DNA of 64,000 nucleotides from an uncultured Acidobacteriota bacterium (lineage in GTDB: Bacteria; Acidobacteriota; Thermoanaerobaculia; Gp7-AA8): the NCBI GenBank assembly GCA_963741955.1, contig CAVUKB010000007.1, positions 960,001 to 1,024,000 on the forward strand, given 5' to 3'. Below the pieces are notes generated by a model. It did no database searches. It saw nothing but the letters and a program-made list of their open reading frames with translations, and was not told the DNA's origin. Shown piece after piece: positions 60,386-64,000 of the stretch. Positions within the stretch are counted from its first letter, which is position 1, and every line of letters starts with the position of its first letter. Made by a program: the position numbers and the translations under genes.

Positions 60386-62053
60386 TTGCCATTCTTCTGC
60401 ATCGCGTGCAAATCGAGTATCGAGCCCGATTTCAAGGCCTGCCCCTTCTGTGGTGAGCCGATCACCGACTTCCTCCGGCAGTATCTCGAGACTCCGATCG
60501 ACGGGAAGTACCAGATCCTGGGGCGGCTCGGCGTGGGCGGAATGGGTGAGGTGTACAAGGTCCTCCACCTCCATCTGAACTCGGTGCGGGTGATCAAAAT
60601 GATGCGCGCCAGTCTGATGAAAGAGGAAGTCGCGCACGAGCGCTTCACGCGCGAAGCGCGACTGGCCACCCGCATTCATCACCCGAACGTTGCGACGCTT
60701 TTCGATTTCTCCACTCTCCCCGACGGCTCCTACTACATGGTGTGGGAGTACATCGAAGGGACGAACCTGACCGAAGTCCTGCGCACCCGCGGCTGCGTCT
60801 CCCCACGCTATGCCGCGATCATCGGCCGGGAGGCGCTGCTCGGACTCGATGCGATCCATCGCGCCGGAGTGGTCCATCGCGACGTCAGCCCGGAGAACCT
60901 GATGATCACCCGCGACGAGGAGGGGGTGGAGAGGGTGAAGATCATCGACCTCGGCATCGCCAAGCAATGGGGAGACGCCGTCGACGACAAGACCAAGACC
61001 GGTATGTTCGTCGGGAAGTGGAAGTACTGCTCGCCGGAACATCTCGGAATGCTGAAGGAAGGGGAGCGGATCGACGGGAGGGCCGACATCTACTCGTTCG
61101 GCATCGTCATGTACGAGATGCTGACCGGCGCGGCTCCCTTCATCGCCGACACTCCCCACCGTTACCTCCTGGCACACGCCACGGAGACCCCGAAGCCTCT
61201 CACCGTCACCAACCCCGGAGTTTCCCCATCGTCCGAGCTGGAGGCGATCGTCTTCAGGGCCCTCGAGAAGGATCGGAACAAGCGCTATCCGACCGCGCGC
61301 GAGATGGCGAGGGCAATCGAGGCGGTGATCCCGTCGCTGCCGGAAGTGGCAGCGGTACCGATCGCGCCCGATTACCTGGACGAGACCACGGCCGAGCATC
61401 AGGCGCCGGGCGGGGCTTCGACCACTCTCGCGGCCACGAGAGCAGCCATCGAAGCCGGCGAGACCGTACGCTCGCAGGACCTGATCGCGACGGTCGAGAC
61501 CTCGAGCGAACGGGAGGCCGCACTCCCGGAGAGCGGATCGGAGGAAGTGACATCCGAGTGGCGCTCGTTCGGCACGAAGACTCTGGCCGGGGAGCCGCAG
61601 ATCGCCCATGCCGCGGAGCCGCAGATCTCTGCGAAGTTCCTGCTGTGGGGCGGCGCGATCGCGGCGGTCGTACTGATCGCAGTGGTGCTCGCGGGAATGA
61701 TGATCCGTCACAACACTACCGCGGCCTCGATGAAGGAACCCGCGGAGGCGGCCTCGATCGTCGCGCCGACGCCGGTGAAGCGAGCGCCGCTTTCGATCAA
61801 CGCGTTTCCGTGGGCGGAGATCGAATCGATCCGCGAGGCGAGCTCCGGGAAAGCGATCCCTCTTCCGGAGAAGCCGGTCACTCCTGCGGTGATCGACCTT
61901 CCGCCGGGACGGTACGAGATCGTGGTGAGGAATCCCGCCGCGGCGAACGACGTGACGCGCACCGTCGAGGTGACTGCCGGAGGCGGTGCGGTGACGTTCC
62001 AGCTCACTGATCCTTCTCGAGCGTCTCTGCCCGATTTCGGAGGAAGCCGATGA
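60386..62053 (+). CDS. Hanks-type Ser/Thr kinase with N-terminal zinc ribbon, TM and a PEGA-like extracytoplasmic domain
   Basis: CIAC...CPFC, LGVGGMGEVY, HRDVSPEN, DLGIAK, YCSPE and DIYSFG. TM FLLWGGAIAAVVLIAVVLAG. TTG start with GAGGAG RBS. Confidence 0.9.
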   Translation: MPFFCIACKSSIEPDFKACPFCGEPITDFLRQYLETPIDGKYQILGRLGVGGMGEVYKVLHLHLNSVRVIKMMRASLMKEEVAHERFTREARLATRIHHPNVATLFDFSTLPDGSYYMVWEYIEGTNLTEVLRTRGCVSPRYAAIIGREALLGLDAIHRAGVVHRDVSPENLMITRDEEGVERVKIIDLGIAKQWGDAVDDKTKTGMFVGKWKYCSPEHLGMLKEGERIDGRADIYSFGIVMYEMLTGAAPFIADTPHRYLLAHATETPKPLTVTNPGVSPSSELEAIVFRALEKDRNKRYPTAREMARAIEAVIPSLPEVAAVPIAPDYLDETTAEHQAPGGASTTLAATRAAIEAGETVRSQDLIATVETSSEREAALPESGSEEVTSEWRSFGTKTLAGEPQIAHAAEPQISAKFLLWGGAIAAVVLIAVVLAGMMIRHNTTAASMKEPAEAASIVAPTPVKRAPLSINAFPWAEIESIREASSGKAIPLPEKPVTPAVIDLPPGRYEIVVRNPAAANDVTRTVEVTAGGGAVTFQLTDPSRASLPDFGGSR

Positions 62054-63450
62054 AGCGGCTCGTCGCGCTCTTCCTGATGCTGCTCGTCGCAGCGCCGCTC
62101 GTCGCGGCCGACCGCTGGTGGGATCACTACAAACGCGGTCTCGCCGCCGCGCAGTCGAACGAGTGGGACGCCGCGAAAGCCGAGATGCAGAAGTCGATTG
62201 CGCTCGAACCGAACGAGAACGCGTCGGCGCGCGCGAGAAACGAATACCTGGTCTACGTACCTCATTTCTGGCTCGGTCTCGCGCGGTACAAAGGCGGCGA
62301 TGTCGACGGTGCGATCCGGGAGTGGGAGATCTCGAGATCGCAGGGAGTGATTCAGAAGACGAAGTACTTCGCGGACCTCCAGGCGTGGACGTCGAGGGCG
62401 GAGTCGGATCGGGCACGCGAAGCCGTGGCACCGGTCACGGAAGTGCGGAAGAGCGCCGAGGGAGCGGTGTCCGCAGCGATTGCGGCGCAGGCGGATGCGA
62501 TGGCTGCGGGAGCGGATCGGAGCAACTCGTTCCGGAGCGCACAGCAGAAACTCTCCCAGGCGGTACAGCAGCTCAATCAGGCGGGTACCGGCGCGGCCGG
62601 CTTCCGCTCGGCGGCGGCGTCCGCGAATGCGGCCCGGGATCTTTTCGTCAGTGCGGCGCGCGACGCGAACGCGCGCCGGGCGAGACCCGCAGTGGTCGCG
62701 CCGCCGACTGCGCCGGCGCAACCGGCGGCCACGGCATCGGCCGGGGAGACTCCCGCGGCCGGCGCGACGACCGGCACGACCGTGACCGTTCCCGCTCCGA
62801 ACCCCCTTCCGCCGGTCGAATCGACGGCGGTCGCGGATGCGCGCATCGCAGTGCAGCAGCTCCGAAGGAGCGTGATCGAGAATCGCGACGAGGCGGCGCA
62901 GGACCGCACGAGCGCGAAGGAGTCGAGAGAGCTCTCGAATCTCGCCGACCGATGGGATGCGGAGCTCGCGACCGCGAGCGACGATGCAGCGATCCGCATT
63001 GCCGATGCGGCGGATCAGAGGCGGGAGACTTTCAGCAAGCGGCTGGCCGCGCTCTCGTCGCCGTCGGCGGAACCGGCTTCGGAACACGCCCGGACCAGAG
63101 CGGCGGCGGCCACTCCGCGCGACGCTCGCCGGGAGGTCGACCCGAAGGTGCTCGCGGAAATGAAGAAGGCGTTCGTCGCGTACGGGAAGGGAGATCTCGG
63201 CGGGTCGAAGAAGATTCTCGATCGCCTCGTCGCGTCCGGTGAAGCGCCGGGACCCGCATTGATGCTTCGGGGATGCGCGCGCTATACGAGCGGGATTCTC
63301 GGACGCAACGGCGAGGAGATCGAAGGCGCTCGCCGCGATTTTCGGAAGGCACTGACGGTCGATCCGCGGCTGAAGCTCGACTCGAACGTGTTTTCGCCGA
63401 AGCTGGTGGCGTTTTTCGATCAGATTCGAAGCGAGGCGAAACAGAAGTAA
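62050..63450 (+). CDS. Exported TPR-containing protein
   Basis: Signal peptide and TPR-like helices at both ends (HFWLGLARYKGGD; ARRDFRKALTVDP). ATGA overlap with the kinase. Confidence 0.8.
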   Translation: MKRLVALFLMLLVAAPLVAADRWWDHYKRGLAAAQSNEWDAAKAEMQKSIALEPNENASARARNEYLVYVPHFWLGLARYKGGDVDGAIREWEISRSQGVIQKTKYFADLQAWTSRAESDRAREAVAPVTEVRKSAEGAVSAAIAAQADAMAAGADRSNSFRSAQQKLSQAVQQLNQAGTGAAGFRSAAASANAARDLFVSAARDANARRARPAVVAPPTAPAQPAATASAGETPAAGATTGTTVTVPAPNPLPPVESTAVADARIAVQQLRRSVIENRDEAAQDRTSAKESRELSNLADRWDAELATASDDAAIRIADAADQRRETFSKRLAALSSPSAEPASEHARTRAAAATPRDARREVDPKVLAEMKKAFVAYGKGDLGGSKKILDRLVASGEAPGPALMLRGCARYTSGILGRNGEEIEGARRDFRKALTVDPRLKLDSNVFSPKLVAFFDQIRSEAKQK

Positions 63451-63743
63451 GAGTTCGCGCAGCGCGAACGTCCGTCCCCGGAAAGTCGAGCATCGAGGCC
63501 GGAGCCGTTGCGTCGGAGTCGCCACGGGTGCGCCGTTGCATCCACTCTCCATTCCGCCGGGCCCGAGTGTGAGACCCCCGAAAATCGGCACCTGGCGCGA
63601 GTTGTGCCCCGTTCGCTTCTCCTTTATCATGCGCGCTCTTCTCTCCGCCCCACCGTGGGCCGAGCGGGGCGCGAACGATGACGGTTCAGGGCGTCTCCAT
63701 CCGGTGGTGAGCGGGCACGAACTCGATCCGAAGGAGCTCGATC

Positions 63744-64000
63744 GTGAGTACGCAGGTGATTCTCTACGCAGTTCTCGGCTGCGGCGTCGCCGCGCTGATC
63801 TTCGCATTTCTCCGAACCACCTGGATCAACCGGCAGGACGCCGGCAACGAGACGATGGTCCGCATCGCGGGACACATCCGCGAAGGCGCGATGGCATTCC
63901 TGGGACGTGAATACCGCGTCCTCGCCATTTTCGTGCTCGTCGCAGCGGCTCTCCTCGCATGGGCCAACGCGGGGAGACCCGAATCGTCGTGGCTGATCGG
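63744..64000 (+). CDS. hppA: Membrane-bound H+/Na+-translocating pyrophosphatase (5' part)
   Basis: Manual translation from GTG 63744 (AAGGAG RBS): ...DAGNETMVRIAGHIREGAMAFLGREYRVLAIF, the typical HppA N-terminus. Confidence 0.85.
   Translation, partial: MSTQVILYAVLGCGVAALIFAFLRTTWINRQDAGNETMVRIAGHIREGAMAFLGREYRVLAIFVLVAAALLAWANAGRPESSWLI

Noticed and set aside
38972-62431. Long alternative-frame ORFs (e.g. 38972-40957, 40989-42971, 46876-49188, 59792-62431)
   Set aside because: They overlap well-supported genes on the opposite strand and have Arg-rich, motif-free translations.

Overview
GC-rich bacterial DNA. The protein repertoire suggests Acidobacteriota, possibly Thermoanaerobaculia-like (inference, not verified). 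The window runs from a partial pyruvate kinase gene (left edge) to a partial membrane pyrophosphatase gene (right edge). The main feature is a compact, tightly coupled minus-strand contractile injection system (CIS/eCIS-like) locus at about 22.6-35.6 kb: cap-like gene, one sheath, one tube, Pro-rich protein, tube initiator, VgrG, PAAR-like tip, gp25, a baseplate-J with an inserted BNR beta-propeller, and a small tail-I-like wedge. I see no AAA ATPase, canonical tail fibre, TssJLM membrane complex or recognisable toxin in it. It is instead followed by six envelope genes: two paralogous single-pass proteins sharing an N-terminal Ig-like domain (one with PASTA repeats, one with Cys-rich repeats), two tiny 2-TM proteins, a lipoprotein and a polytopic membrane protein. 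This is a candidate membrane-tethered CIS of an unusual type. Also present: a KaiC-like ATPase/histidine kinase module, a collagen-like protein flanked by direct repeats, a 12-repeat IPTL-CTERM surface protein, VapBC and two nucleotidyltransferase gene pairs, a PAS kinase cascade with a 1-bp frameshift, a 5'-truncated GH15 gene, an FHA-FHA-STAS/Ser-Thr kinase/TPR operon, a REP-like repeat family, two related ~185-bp hairpin elements, and several apparently leaderless genes. No rRNA, tRNA or CRISPR array was seen. All family assignments come from motif recognition by eye, with no database searches.
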